64,000 nt of DNA from a candidate division WOR-3 bacterium (GCA_965649295.1 CBFGKH010000008.1:77000-140999); one strand, 5' to 3'; numbered from the stretch's first letter, positions 1 through 9,823 are shown. Program-made: numbers and translations. Notes: generated by a model not told the origin, from the letters alone.

Positions 1-448
1 TATTGAGGATGTTTCGGTCAAGACTCAACGGACACTGCGTCAGGCTGGTGGCTGAGAAGACAACCAGCCCGATACGATCGCCCTGCCGCTTGGCGACAAA
101 CTCTTTGGCCCGCTGCTTGGCAACTGCCAGCCGGTTCTGGGGCGAGAAGTCCTCTGCCTGCATCGAACCAGAGATGTCAAGACAGAGCATGATGTCAATG
201 CCGTGAGTCTCAACCTCCTGAAACTGACGGCCGCGCTGGGGCCGGGCCAAGGCAACCACCATCAGTACCAGCGCCAGGGAATAGCCGACCAGCACGAGCG
301 GCCGCGCCCAGCGGCCACGGTTCGGCGCTCCGGAAAGGAAGTCCAAACTGGCATAGCGGACTCCAGCCCGACGCTTCCGCAACTGCCACCACCAAAATAG
401 CGGCAGCAGCCCAAGCAGCGCAAAGAACCAAGGATGGGCGAAACTCAT
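1..448 (-). CDS. batA: BatA-type VWA domain membrane protein (3' end outside window)
   Basis: Not in ORF track. Manual translation from ATG at 448 (ATGA overlap with upstream stop): MSFAHPWFFALLGLLP...LARPQRG...GIDIMLCLDISGSM...DRIGLVVF, i.e. BatA N-terminus plus MIDAS DxSxS. Lies downstream of moxR/DUF58. Confidence 0.85.
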   Translation of the reverse strand, partial: MSFAHPWFFALLGLLPLFWWWQLRKRRAGVRYASLDFLSGAPNRGRWARPLVLVGYSLALVLMVVALARPQRGRQFQEVETHGIDIMLCLDISGSMQAEDFSPQNRLAVAKQRAKEFVAKRQGDRIGLVVFSATSLTQCPLSLDRNILN

Positions 449-1494
449 CGCGGCTTCTCCCCTGTTGCCGCCGGCTCTGGCGCCGGCGTTGTCGCCCGCA
501 CCAGCTCGCGCGCCGTCCCTAGCGCCGCGGTCATCTCTGCCCAAGCCGGCACAAACTTGGCATACTTGACAAGGTCGGCGTTGCGGAAGAACTCGCAGAA
601 AGCCTCCCGCTCCGGCACCTTGCGCGCCTTCAGCTCGGCAGCAATCTCGGTCGTCGTCTGGTCCGGCGCCGGGAACCCAAACCGCCGACCGAGATACCGC
701 TTCAGTATCTCCGACACGGCGTAGTAGTAACGTTTCACCTGGCCCGAGCCCAGCCAGTCGTCCACCGGAATCGCGTCAAGCGCAGCCAGCGCTTCGGTCC
801 AGGGGTCGGGCAGCACTGCACCCGCCAGCCGGATTCGCCGATAGCGGCGCACGAGCCAGCGGCCCAGTAGGGCCAGGCCAACAAGCCCGACCACGCCCAA
901 GATAATCCAAAGCGGCAGATAGTTGGGAAACTGCACCTGCGGCTTCAGGTCATTGATATCGGTCATCGAGTCGGCGATGACGCTTGCCACTTCAACTCGC
1001 AAGGTCTCTGATGCCGCAGCCAGCCGCTCGGTCGGTTCCTGCCAGACGACCAGAAACGGCGGCAGGGCCAGCTCACCGGTAGCGAAAGCGGCGAGCCGGT
1101 AACGGTGGACGTCAACGATCGTGTCGCCCTGGTAGCGGGTCTTCGTCTTACGGTCCAGAATCGCGAAGTCGCCGTCGGCCGAAAGCAGGGGTTCGGTTGT
1201 CCGCATTGACCGCGGCCGCCGGACAGTCAGCTCCAGCTCAAAACGGTCACCAACTGTCAGCTTGCCGCGCACCGGCAGCAGCCGGGCGCTCAGTCGAACC
1301 GGCCCGTCTTGGACAATCCGGTAGGCTGGCCGCGCGGCAGTATCAGCCGCAGCCGTGCTGTCGGCCGCCCCTGCCCCACCTTGGGTCTGGCCCAGACCAA
1401 CCGCCAAAAGCCCCAGCAGCCAGAGTACTGCTAAGACTCTCTGCTTAGATGCCAGTCGGTCTGCTGCCGGGCTGTGGTGACGAACCATCTTCAT
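445..1494 (-). CDS. Bat-operon membrane protein (BatD/DUF4381-like)
   Basis: Signal peptide, Ig-like region, DINDLKP motif before a TM helix, C-terminal ADLVKYAK. Sits between DUF58 and batA. Confidence 0.7.
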   Translation of the reverse strand: MKMVRHHSPAADRLASKQRVLAVLWLLGLLAVGLGQTQGGAGAADSTAAADTAARPAYRIVQDGPVRLSARLLPVRGKLTVGDRFELELTVRRPRSMRTTEPLLSADGDFAILDRKTKTRYQGDTIVDVHRYRLAAFATGELALPPFLVVWQEPTERLAAASETLRVEVASVIADSMTDINDLKPQVQFPNYLPLWIILGVVGLVGLALLGRWLVRRYRRIRLAGAVLPDPWTEALAALDAIPVDDWLGSGQVKRYYYAVSEILKRYLGRRFGFPAPDQTTTEIAAELKARKVPEREAFCEFFRNADLVKYAKFVPAWAEMTAALGTARELVRATTPAPEPAATGEKPR

Positions 1495-2411
1495 CAGCGG
1501 TAGCGCCGGGCTCGCTGCTGAAAGAAACGGTGTAGTTGGCCGGTGAAATCCTCAGCCGTCGAGATCGGAATGTGGTCAATCCCAAGCTGATGCAGTAACT
1601 GGCGCTGCTCAACCCGCGCTGCCGACCGCAGGCCAGCGAATCGCTCGCGCAGCCGCGGGTCATTTGTATCAACCAGGGCCAGCTCGCCGGTTTCGGCGTC
1701 CTCCAGTTCAACCAGCCCCAGCCGGGGCAACTCCTCTTCAGCCGGGTCATTGACCGTGACCACAACCAAGTCATGCTTGCGGGCAGCGATACCCAGCGGT
1801 TTCTTCAACACGGCGGGCGCAAAGGCCGAGCCGATGAAGTCGGAGATGAAGAAGACAATCGCCCGTCGCTTGAGGACGTGCATCAGAAATTCGAGCGCCT
1901 GCGCCGGGTCGGTACCGCGCCGCTCCGGTTCGAAGTAGAGAATGTCCCGAATCAGCCTTAGCACATGGGAACGGCCTTTGCGCGGCGGAACATACTTCTC
2001 GATGGTGTCGGTGAAAAAGACCAGGCCCACCTTGTCGTTGTTGCGGATGGCCGAGAAGGCAAGGGTCGCTGCTACTTGGGCAGCCTGGTCAAGCTTGAGC
2101 AGCCGTCGCGTGCCAAACCGGTCTGAACCGGACGCATCAACCAGCAGGATGACAACGAGCTCCCGCTCCTCGGCGAACTTCTTCACATAGGGCCGGCCGA
2201 ACCGGGCTGTCACCCGCCAGTCAATGGTTCGAACATCATCACCAGGTAGGTATTCGCGGACATCGAGGAACTCGATGCCGCGGCCCTTGAAGCTCGACTT
2301 GTAATCGCCCGAGAAGAGCGTGTTGACCAGCCGCCGCGTACGGATCTCTATTTGCCGTATGCGGCTGAAACTGGTGCTGCCGGGCCGTGCCGCCACCGAC
2401 TGCTCTGCCAT
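1494..2411 (-). CDS. DUF58 domain protein (VWA-like, MoxR partner)
   Basis: GIEFLDVREYLPGDDVRTIDWRVTAR signature; adjacent to moxR. Confidence 0.92.
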   Translation of the reverse strand: MAEQSVAARPGSTSFSRIRQIEIRTRRLVNTLFSGDYKSSFKGRGIEFLDVREYLPGDDVRTIDWRVTARFGRPYVKKFAEERELVVILLVDASGSDRFGTRRLLKLDQAAQVAATLAFSAIRNNDKVGLVFFTDTIEKYVPPRKGRSHVLRLIRDILYFEPERRGTDPAQALEFLMHVLKRRAIVFFISDFIGSAFAPAVLKKPLGIAARKHDLVVVTVNDPAEEELPRLGLVELEDAETGELALVDTNDPRLRERFAGLRSAARVEQRQLLHQLGIDHIPISTAEDFTGQLHRFFQQRARRYR

Positions 2412-2451
2412 TGCCTAAACCGTCTCGGCCAGGGCTTTCGCCCCTGCCGCC

Positions 2452-3450
2452 TTACGGAACCTCGACGCCTTCGAGCACGCGCCGAACGATGTCGTCAGTC
2501 GTCAGCTCCTCAGCCTCGGCCTCATAGGAGAGAATCAGACGGTGACGTAGCACATCCGGTGCGAGCTCCTTGATGTCTTCGGGCAGCACAAAACCGCGAC
2601 GACGCAGAAACGCCATCGCCCGAGCAGCCGTAAGCAGGTAGATCGAAGCACGCGGGCTCGCGCCGTAGCGCAGCAACGGCCCAAGCTCGCCAAGGTTGTA
2701 TTCCTTAGGCTTACGGGTCGCAAAGACAAGGTTGACGATATAGTCCTTGAGCTTCTCGTCCACGTAGATCTTCGCGCACAGCGCCCGGGCCTTGATGATT
2801 GCTCCCGGCTCAACGACCGGACTGACCACCGGTTCGGTCGCGCCGGTCATCCGGTCCACTATTTGTTTCTCCTCCTCCTTGCTCGGGTAGCCGACCCGGA
2901 GCTTGAGCAGGAACCGGTCGGTCTGTGCCTCGGGCAGCGGGTAAGTCCCTTCCTGCTCAATCGGGTTCTGGGTGGCGAGCACTAGGAACGGGTCCTCGAG
3001 CCTGAAGGTCTCCTCGCCGATCGTCACCTGCCGTTCCTGCATCGCCTCGAGCAGTGCCGACTGCACTTTTGGCGGAGCCCGGTTAATCTCGTCCGCGAGC
3101 ACGAGGTTGGCAAAAATTGGCCCCTTTCTCGCGATAAACTCGCCGGTCCGCTGGTTGAATATCTGAGTGCCAACAATGTCAGCTGGGAGCAGGTCCGGCG
3201 TGAACTGAATCCGGGCAAAACGCGTCCGAATCGCCTGTGCGAGAGTCTTTACGGCATAGGTCTTGGCAAGGCCGGGCACGCCCTCGATCAGTATGTGCCC
3301 GTTGGCTAGCAGCCCGATGAGCAGTCGCTCAACCAGATATTTCTGGCCGACTATGGCCTTGCCGACCTCGCCGGTTATCGCCTGAACAAAGAGGCTCTCG
3401 GCGGCGATCTCTTCATGCAGACGCTTGATGTCGTCTCTCAGTTCTTGCAT
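2452..3450 (-). CDS. moxR: MoxR family AAA+ ATPase
   Basis: EGVPGLAKT Walker A, RIQFTPDLLPAD, DEINRAPPKVQSALLEAM, NPIEQEGTYPLPEAQ. Start moved to ATG 3450, which follows an AGGAG RBS. Confidence 0.95.
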   Translation of the reverse strand: MQELRDDIKRLHEEIAAESLFVQAITGEVGKAIVGQKYLVERLLIGLLANGHILIEGVPGLAKTYAVKTLAQAIRTRFARIQFTPDLLPADIVGTQIFNQRTGEFIARKGPIFANLVLADEINRAPPKVQSALLEAMQERQVTIGEETFRLEDPFLVLATQNPIEQEGTYPLPEAQTDRFLLKLRVGYPSKEEEKQIVDRMTGATEPVVSPVVEPGAIIKARALCAKIYVDEKLKDYIVNLVFATRKPKEYNLGELGPLLRYGASPRASIYLLTAARAMAFLRRRGFVLPEDIKELAPDVLRHRLILSYEAEAEELTTDDIVRRVLEGVEVP

Positions 3451-3554
3451 AACGCTACTCCTTGGCGTCGAGCAAAACGCTGTATAGATAGACTCAATCC
3501 GCCTAGGCTGGGTTGCGCCTAGGCCAGCGCCGACAGACCGACCGCAGACTAAGA

Positions 3555-4133
3555 CTAGGGTCGCTGGGTGGGAACTTTCTCCGGTTCCTTTGCCAGCTCG
3601 CGCAGCGCCTCGAGTGCCACCGCATGCTTCTGGATCATCTCGCGGTTTACCGCCGGAACCTTGTCGCAAGCAGCAATCAGCGCCTCGACCTGAGCAACGG
3701 CTTTCTTGGTCTCAGTAGCGGTGTCTTTTTTCATCTCCGGCAGCATTCCCTTGAACATCTCGGCACTGGTCGCGGCCTGCGCTGCAGCTATCTTCAGCAT
3801 GGTGGAGCGGAAACTAGGCCAGTCTGTTCCTGCTGCCTGCAGTGCGGCATTGACGCCTTCAACCGCTCCCATGGCGTCAACAAAGCCGGTAATGACCTGC
3901 GCAATCTGAGCATCAGCAGCCGGCTCGGGTGGTGCAAACCCAGCCGAACGTAAGGCAGCACCGACACCAGGCAGCGCTTTAACACAACTCGCTATGGCCT
4001 CATCAGTGAGCGGCTCTATCGCCTCAGCCGGAAGCTCCACGACGGCGATAGGTTTGACTTCGTTCTTCTTGCCGCCACAGTACGCTCCGACCAGGACCAG
4101 GAGCACAAACAGCAGCGCCTTCACTCGGTTCAT
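3555..4133 (-). CDS. Putative helical lipoprotein, unknown function
   Basis: ATG 4133 with AAGGAG RBS; MNRVKALLFVLLVLVGAYC lipoprotein-like signal. Confidence 0.7.
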   Translation of the reverse strand: MNRVKALLFVLLVLVGAYCGGKKNEVKPIAVVELPAEAIEPLTDEAIASCVKALPGVGAALRSAGFAPPEPAADAQIAQVITGFVDAMGAVEGVNAALQAAGTDWPSFRSTMLKIAAAQAATSAEMFKGMLPEMKKDTATETKKAVAQVEALIAACDKVPAVNREMIQKHAVALEALRELAKEPEKVPTQRP

Positions 4134-4229
4134 TATTGGGTCTCCTTTTCGAACTTGTCCGAACAACATTTAGCCCTACCATTGGCAGCATAGTCGTGAT
4201 ACCACGAATCGCTGTCCAGATCGAGCACA

Positions 4230-4257
4230 ATCTTAGTCCACAACTAAAGACTGTCAA
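4230..4257 (-). promoter_or_regulatory. sigma70-like promoter of lipoprotein-moxR-bat operon, overlapped by a DnaA-box variant
   Basis: TTGACA-16 bp-TAAGAT on minus strand; TAGTCCACA at 4234-4242. Confidence 0.55.
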
Positions 4258-4539
4258 ATATCAGCACCAAATCTCAGACTGACAAACTGACAGACCGGCA
4301 AGACGAGCTCGTTCTATAACAGTATGGTTGTAAATAGTCTCCACCACTAGATAGATGGTAGCTCGATCTGCAGCAGATCTTTGTTCTTTGGACTAAGGAT
4401 GCTGCTGTTGTTGGTGTGTGGGTAAGTCCGTTCAATTCGTCTTGGTTTGTTGTTACGTGGCTTATGCCGCTTTTGTCATGTGGACTATCGGTTGCGGATA
4501 AGTTGGTAGTACGGCCACTGTCCCGGTGTGCACCGTTAG
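4234..4539. other. Putative oriC (downstream of dnaA)
   Basis: AT-richer non-coding stretch with DnaA-box-like 9-mers: TAGTCCACA 4234-4242, TTTGGACTA 4387-4395, TGTGGGTAA 4417-4425, TGTGGACTA 4479-4487, TGCGGATAA 4493-4501. Confidence 0.7.
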
Positions 4540-5913
4540 TCAACATCGTTGTCCACTACTTATCCGCTCCTGCAGTCTGTCAATAGTGCTTCGGATAAGT
4601 GGGTCCTCGTTTCGGAGTCGCGACATCTTTTCTATTGCATGCATGACCGTGGTGTGGTCGCGGCCGCCAAAATGGAAGCCGATCTCGTTCAACGATAGGT
4701 TCAGGCGGGCGCGGATGATGTACATTGCTGTCTGTCGGGCGAGGACAATCTGCTTAGTACGACTCTGGCCGACGATGTCGGCGACGGTGACACCAAAGCT
4801 TTCGGCGCAGGCGGCGATAATCGTCTTGGCGTCAATCGGCTCTTCCTCGCGGACAAGGTCACGTAGCGCGTCAGCCGCCGTCTCAACCGTCAACGGTCTC
4901 CCCTCCAGCGACGCGTGCGCAAGCAGACGGTTGAGGCTGCCTTCTAGTTCACGGACGCTGCGCCGGAAATGGGAAGCAATAAAGAAGGCGACATCTTCGG
5001 GCAGCACGATGTTATCCAGCGCGGCCTTGCGGGTAAGTATGGCGACGCGTGTTTCCACGTCAGGCGGCTGGATATCTACGACTAGACCGGAGCCAAGTCG
5101 CGAGGCTAGGCGGCTTTCGAGCGTGGGGATGTCCTGCGGCGGTCGGTCGCTAGTAAAGACTATCTGACTGCCACCATCGTGGAGGTTGTTGAAAATGTAG
5201 AACACCTCTTCTTGCAGTCGCTCCTTGCCGATGAGGTAGTGAATATCGTCGAGGAGCAGCAGGTCCAGGCCGCGATACTTGTTCTTGAACTCAAGTCTAG
5301 TGTTCCGTTCGATGGCTTGGATGAGTTCGATAAATAGGTTCTCGGCAGCAGTGTAATAGACACGGAGATTGGGACGGAGGGAGATAGCCAGGTTGCCGAT
5401 GGCCTGCATCAGGTGGGTCTTGCCGAGGCCGACGCCGCCGTAGATGAACAGTGGGTTGTAAGCGGCTGCTGGCCGCTCGGCCACACTGCGGGCAGCAGCC
5501 GCAGCGAGCCGGTTGCTTTCGCCAACAACAAATGAGTCAAAGGTGTAACGAGCCTGGAGCCGGTTAGTCTCGGTGCGACTTGCCGGACGGGGGGTCGGTT
5601 CATGCCAGGATGGGTTGGCGCGGCGGCCTTGGGTGGTGAGCACACATAAGGAAAAGTCGTAGCCCTCGCCGGCGACGGTGCGGAGTGCAGCACGGATGTC
5701 GGTTGCGTAGTGCTGGCTAATCCAGTCGGCGAAGAAGGGATTGGGGACGGCGACCTCGAGGGTCTTGCCGCTAAGTTGCAGTCCGCGCGTTGGTTCTAGC
5801 CAGGTTTCAAAACCCTCGCGGCTGACACTGACTTTCAGGTAGTCGAGTACCGATTGCCAGAGTCGCGTTGCTTCGTCAGCATGCTGTCTGGCCGTGCTAG
5901 TAGAAGTAGCCAC
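4540..5913 (-). CDS. dnaA: Chromosomal replication initiator DnaA
   Basis: YNPLFIYGGVGLGKTHL, LLLDDI, GGRDHTTVMHA domain IV signature. Likely GTG start at 5913 after GAAAGGGA. Confidence 0.97.
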   Translation of the reverse strand: MATSTSTARQHADEATRLWQSVLDYLKVSVSREGFETWLEPTRGLQLSGKTLEVAVPNPFFADWISQHYATDIRAALRTVAGEGYDFSLCVLTTQGRRANPSWHEPTPRPASRTETNRLQARYTFDSFVVGESNRLAAAAARSVAERPAAAYNPLFIYGGVGLGKTHLMQAIGNLAISLRPNLRVYYTAAENLFIELIQAIERNTRLEFKNKYRGLDLLLLDDIHYLIGKERLQEEVFYIFNNLHDGGSQIVFTSDRPPQDIPTLESRLASRLGSGLVVDIQPPDVETRVAILTRKAALDNIVLPEDVAFFIASHFRRSVRELEGSLNRLLAHASLEGRPLTVETAADALRDLVREEEPIDAKTIIAACAESFGVTVADIVGQSRTKQIVLARQTAMYIIRARLNLSLNEIGFHFGGRDHTTVMHAIEKMSRLRNEDPLIRSTIDRLQERISSGQRC

Positions 5914-6007
5914 AGGAGTCCCTTTCGTCTCTTGGTCTCTGGCGCGGTCGCAGCGCCAGGCCATGCCTCTCCGTTTTACCCAAGCAGTTCAACCAGAAAA
6001 ACACAAC

Positions 6008-6028
6008 TTATCCACCGACATTTCCACA
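6008..6028. promoter_or_regulatory. DnaA boxes in dnaA upstream region
   Basis: TTATCCACC 6008-6016 and ATTTCCACA 6020-6028. Confidence 0.6.
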
Positions 6029-6171
6029 AGTATCTGCTAACGATTCTGCTTTACAGAATAGGCTCAAACACCGGCAACGTTGCCGGTCGGTTGAGCGTAG
6101 AACGAATTGTCGTTATGGCTATTGTTGCCGCGGCCAGAATAGTCCAGACACGGGCAAAGTCAATACCCGTC

Positions 6172-8439
6172 TTAGGGGAGGCTGCGAGTAGTCAGGGTTG
6201 AGCGGCTCCAAGCCGCTGCGGCCGCCTGTCCCAAGGCGACGCCGCCGTCGTTGGGCGGTACCAGCCGATTGGTGATGACGTAGAGCTTCTCAGCGGTCAG
6301 ACGGCTGGTAAGGGTGGCTAGTAGCCGACAGTTCTGGAATGAACCGCCCGATATGGCGACGGTCGAGAGACGATACTTTCTGCCCAAGTGTAACGCCAAC
6401 TGGCAGATGGCTTCAGCGATCCGGTCCTGAAATAGAGCAGCAACGGCTGCCCGGTTGCCCCTGGCAGCTGTTTCACGTGAAACAGCGCTGATGATCGGTC
6501 GTGGGTCAATCAGGGCCGGCTCAGTATCAAGAATCAGAGAGCCGGTCTCATTGTGGCGCTCCACCGGGAGCGGCTCGGCAGCGCTTTCGACGGCGATGGC
6601 TGCTTCGGCGTCGTAGGTGGCACGCAGGCAGATACGGGAGATTCCAGCCGCCGCATCGAAGAGCCGGCCCAAGCTGGAGCAGAGGAGCGCTTGACTGGCA
6701 GGTCGCGGTCTCGTAGCCGTCGTCTTGGCGTGGGCTAGGTATGCGCTGCCGACTTGGCGCGGGTCGGCCAGTTCGGCGCCGGCGCCAGGCAGAGCCAATG
6801 GCAGCATTGTGCCGACCCGCCGCCAGGTTCCATTCCGGCCAATGAGCAGAAATTCACAGCCCCAACAAGTGCCGTCGGTCCCGTAACCGGTTCCATCGGC
6901 CGCGATTCCGAGCAATGGGGCAGAGGCGCTGGTTTCTGCCAGCACTGACAGGATGTGAGCGAGGTGGTGCTGGACGCGAAGGAGCGGTACGTGCCACTCT
7001 GCTGCCAGCCGCTCAGCCAGCCGGGTTGCGGCGTAGTCGGGGTGAAGGTCGCAGGCAACAACCGCTGGTCTGATACCGGTCCAAGCTTGGTAGCGGTCGA
7101 GGGTGGAGAGGAAGAACTCTTCGCCGCTGGCTGTGACCACTGAGCCGATATGAGGGCTGAGCCATGCCTTGTCACCGACTGCCAGGCAGAAGGTGTTCTT
7201 CCACTCGGGCCCGACCGCCAGGACCGGATGTTTCACGTGCAACATCGGGTTGAGCTCGATCGGTGCGGGCGCATAACCGCGGGCGCGGCGAACGATAATC
7301 GGGCTGGCTGGGGTCGGCAGAACAACCGAATCGTCAGCTCGATTGAGAATCGGCCGGTCATGGGTCAAGGCGAAATCGAATACGGCCGCGTGGGAGCGAA
7401 AGAGAGAGGCTTCGTCGTGGCTAATCGGTTCGTCTTTGGGGTTAGCGCTGGTCATTACTAGGAGCGGCTCGGTGCCGGTGATCTTGCGCAGCTCGGAAAA
7501 GAGGATGATGTGCAATGGAGTGTAGGCAAGCATCACCCCTAGCCGGGAGTTCTGCGGAGCGATGAGGTCGCCAGGTGGAATCGGGCCACGGCGGGGCATG
7601 AGTACGATCGGAGCTTGTGGTGATGAGAGTAGTTGGGCGGCGGCGCGGCTGACTGAGCAGATGCTGCGTGCCTTGGCGAGGTTTGCGCACATCAAGGCGA
7701 ACGGCTTGCGCGGGCGCTGCTTGCGCCGCCGTAGGCGGAGCAGTGCTGACCGGTTAGTTGCGTCGCAGGCGAGCTGGTACCCGCCAATACTCTTGATGGC
7801 CACTATCTTGCCGGACGCAATCGCTTTTGCTGCCAGGGTGATGGCTTCATTTCCGGCAGCGATGGTCGTGCCGTTCTTGGCGAGTAGTGTCGGTTGGGGG
7901 CCGCAGACCGGACAGGCATTGGGCTGGGCGTGGAAGCGGCGGTCAGCCGGATCGTCGTATTCTCGTTGGCAGTCGGGGCACATCTCAAACCGGCGCATTG
8001 ATGTCCGCTGGCGGTCGTAGGGGAGGTCCTCGATTATGGAGTAGCGGGGTCCGCAGTGGGTGCAGTTTGTGAAGGCATAACGGAAGCGGCGGTTGCGAGG
8101 TGATGCTATGTCGGCCCGGCAGAGTGAGCAGGTAGCGATGTCAGGCAGGACCTCGGTATTGGGCTGGCCAGCAGTCTTGCTTGCGACTATCCTGAGGCCT
8201 TCTAGCCTGGGCCGATAGGTCGTGCGGAGCGATACCGAACGGATTCTGGCGAGCGGCGGTGGGTGCCTTTGTAGCTCACGCACCATTGCCAAAGCATGTC
8301 GGCCCTGAAGCGTCAACACGGCACCCTTCTTCGAGTTACTGATGGTTCCGCGCAGCCCGTATCTCTTTGCTAACAGGTAGGCATAGGGTCTGAACCCTAT
8401 GCCCTGGACCTGCCCAGCAAAGACAACAACAGTTGTTAT
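6172..8439 (-). CDS. hypF: Carbamoyltransferase HypF ([NiFe]-hydrogenase maturation)
   Basis: GQVQGIGFRP acylphosphatase motif upstream of the called GTG, two CxxC zinc fingers, RFHAQPNAC, HHLAH, NDGGVALGQ. Start uncertain (ATA 8439 proposed). Confidence 0.93.
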   Translation of the reverse strand: MTTVVVFAGQVQGIGFRPYAYLLAKRYGLRGTISNSKKGAVLTLQGRHALAMVRELQRHPPPLARIRSVSLRTTYRPRLEGLRIVASKTAGQPNTEVLPDIATCSLCRADIASPRNRRFRYAFTNCTHCGPRYSIIEDLPYDRQRTSMRRFEMCPDCQREYDDPADRRFHAQPNACPVCGPQPTLLAKNGTTIAAGNEAITLAAKAIASGKIVAIKSIGGYQLACDATNRSALLRLRRRKQRPRKPFALMCANLAKARSICSVSRAAAQLLSSPQAPIVLMPRRGPIPPGDLIAPQNSRLGVMLAYTPLHIILFSELRKITGTEPLLVMTSANPKDEPISHDEASLFRSHAAVFDFALTHDRPILNRADDSVVLPTPASPIIVRRARGYAPAPIELNPMLHVKHPVLAVGPEWKNTFCLAVGDKAWLSPHIGSVVTASGEEFFLSTLDRYQAWTGIRPAVVACDLHPDYAATRLAERLAAEWHVPLLRVQHHLAHILSVLAETSASAPLLGIAADGTGYGTDGTCWGCEFLLIGRNGTWRRVGTMLPLALPGAGAELADPRQVGSAYLAHAKTTATRPRPASQALLCSSLGRLFDAAAGISRICLRATYDAEAAIAVESAAEPLPVERHNETGSLILDTEPALIDPRPIISAVSRETAARGNRAAVAALFQDRIAEAICQLALHLGRKYRLSTVAISGGSFQNCRLLATLTSRLTAEKLYVITNRLVPPNDGGVALGQAAAAAWSRSTLTTRSLP
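6469..6484. promoter_or_regulatory. parS site (ParB binding), perfect consensus
   Basis: TGTTTCACGTGAAACA palindrome inside hypF, about 0.6 kb from the dnaA start. Confidence 0.85.
7229..7244. promoter_or_regulatory. parS site, one mismatch
   Basis: TGTTTCACGTGCAACA inside hypF. Confidence 0.75.
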
Positions 8440-8502
8440 TACGAGGCGGCGTTCCTTGGTGTGGAGGGGCGTTTTAGTTAGATACTAGTTATTATCAGTC
8501 TT

Positions 8503-9681
8503 CTATTGGGCTGGTTCGCTCTTGCCTTGCTCTTCTTCTTGTTTGGGTGGCGGCACTACCGGCTCGATCAGTTCTTCAACTGTCTCGCTCGTTGCTTCGA
8601 GGATGTTTCTCTTGTCCTTCTTGTACGCAAGCACCGCGTAGTTCACTGTCATCCCACAGAACCAGACCGAGAAGCCAAAGCCCAAGACCATCAGGGCCGC
8701 GAGGTAGATGGTGATGCCGATGAAGAGCGAGGCGACGTCTGAGCTCCAGCCGATGGCGATGTACTCTCCGGGCAGATAGACCTGCGGGATTCCGTAGAGG
8801 TTTGCCTGAACAAGGAGCAACCGCTGGACAAATGGCGGGCACCAATCAGGCAGGCTCAGTCGGAAATAGAACAGTCCGTTGGCCATGGCGTCGGCGAGCT
8901 TGTCGCCCATGAAGGCGAGTAGAATCGAGTAACCTATTCTACCGGCGATACTTGTCGCCCAGCCGAATAGGAAGAGGCCAAGTTTGCCCAATAGGGCCAC
9001 CGTTGCGGAATACCAGACCAGCCGGCCTGGTTGCTCGTTTACACAGGAGAAGACCTCGAACAGGGTATCAAAGGTGTCGCTGCGGCTTGCACCGACCACG
9101 CTCGGTGCCAGGAGCAGGGTCGCGGCAGTGGCGATTAGGAGATAGACGATAAATAGCGAGGCGACGAGGGCAATCGGGCTGAGGATACCGACAATAACCT
9201 CGCCGACATAGGGAATCGCGCCGAGGCCGCTCACACCAAGCCCGAGGACAACGATGGCCGCGACAAACGCAATTATCAGTAGCGGGCTGAAGAGGACTGA
9301 GCCAGCGTATTTGAAGGCAAAGCGGAATGCCTCGCGGGACTCGTAGAACTCGTCACCCTTCAGTTGCTCATAGCAGACTCGGGAGACGGCGGTGCCGGTA
9401 ATCAGGACTGCGCAGACCAAAAAGGCAGCACCAATCCCGTAAATGACCCAGGCGAACCAAGGGAACGGATAGTCAAAAGGGAGTGGGAATGGCACGAGTC
9501 GGAACGTCTGCCAGACGGTAATGATGTCCACGCCCGCAGCGAGATAGGCCAAATAGCTCATGATGGCATAGCCGGCAAGGCCGACAAACAGGCCCAGCGA
9601 CATCATCCAGATTTTCTTGGCCGAGAAACCGAGCCTGAGGGCGCGGAAGGTATCCTTGTAGTTCATGTGCAGCTTTGTCAC
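8503..9681 (-). CDS. Polytopic membrane protein, unknown function
   Basis: Multiple hydrophobic segments; GTG 9681 preceded by AAAGGAG. Confidence 0.75.
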   Translation of the reverse strand: MTKLHMNYKDTFRALRLGFSAKKIWMMSLGLFVGLAGYAIMSYLAYLAAGVDIITVWQTFRLVPFPLPFDYPFPWFAWVIYGIGAAFLVCAVLITGTAVSRVCYEQLKGDEFYESREAFRFAFKYAGSVLFSPLLIIAFVAAIVVLGLGVSGLGAIPYVGEVIVGILSPIALVASLFIVYLLIATAATLLLAPSVVGASRSDTFDTLFEVFSCVNEQPGRLVWYSATVALLGKLGLFLFGWATSIAGRIGYSILLAFMGDKLADAMANGLFYFRLSLPDWCPPFVQRLLLVQANLYGIPQVYLPGEYIAIGWSSDVASLFIGITIYLAALMVLGFGFSVWFCGMTVNYAVLAYKKDKRNILEATSETVEELIEPVVPPPKQEEEQGKSEPAQ

Positions 9682-9694
9682 CTGCCAACTCCTT

Positions 9695-9823
9695 TCATTG
9701 GGCAAAGGCCCGCAAGAACAGGAAAAGGCCGATCGCCAACACCGCGGCGGCGCCCCAGATCACCCAGCGCAGGCGCAAGTGGTAGTGCCGGGCTGGGAAG
9801 AAACGGCGCTCAAAGCGTACCAT
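9695..9823 (-). CDS. Small 42-aa single-TM protein
   Basis: Below ORF-track cutoff. MVRFERRFFPARHYHLRLRWVIWGAAAVLAIGLFLFLRAFAQ; its stop abuts the RBS of the next gene. Confidence 0.55.
   Translation of the reverse strand: MVRFERRFFPARHYHLRLRWVIWGAAAVLAIGLFLFLRAFAQ

Noticed and set aside
6070..6087. Palindrome ACCGGCAACGTTGCCGGT in the dnaA leader
   Set aside because: Single occurrence with no supporting context; function cannot be argued.
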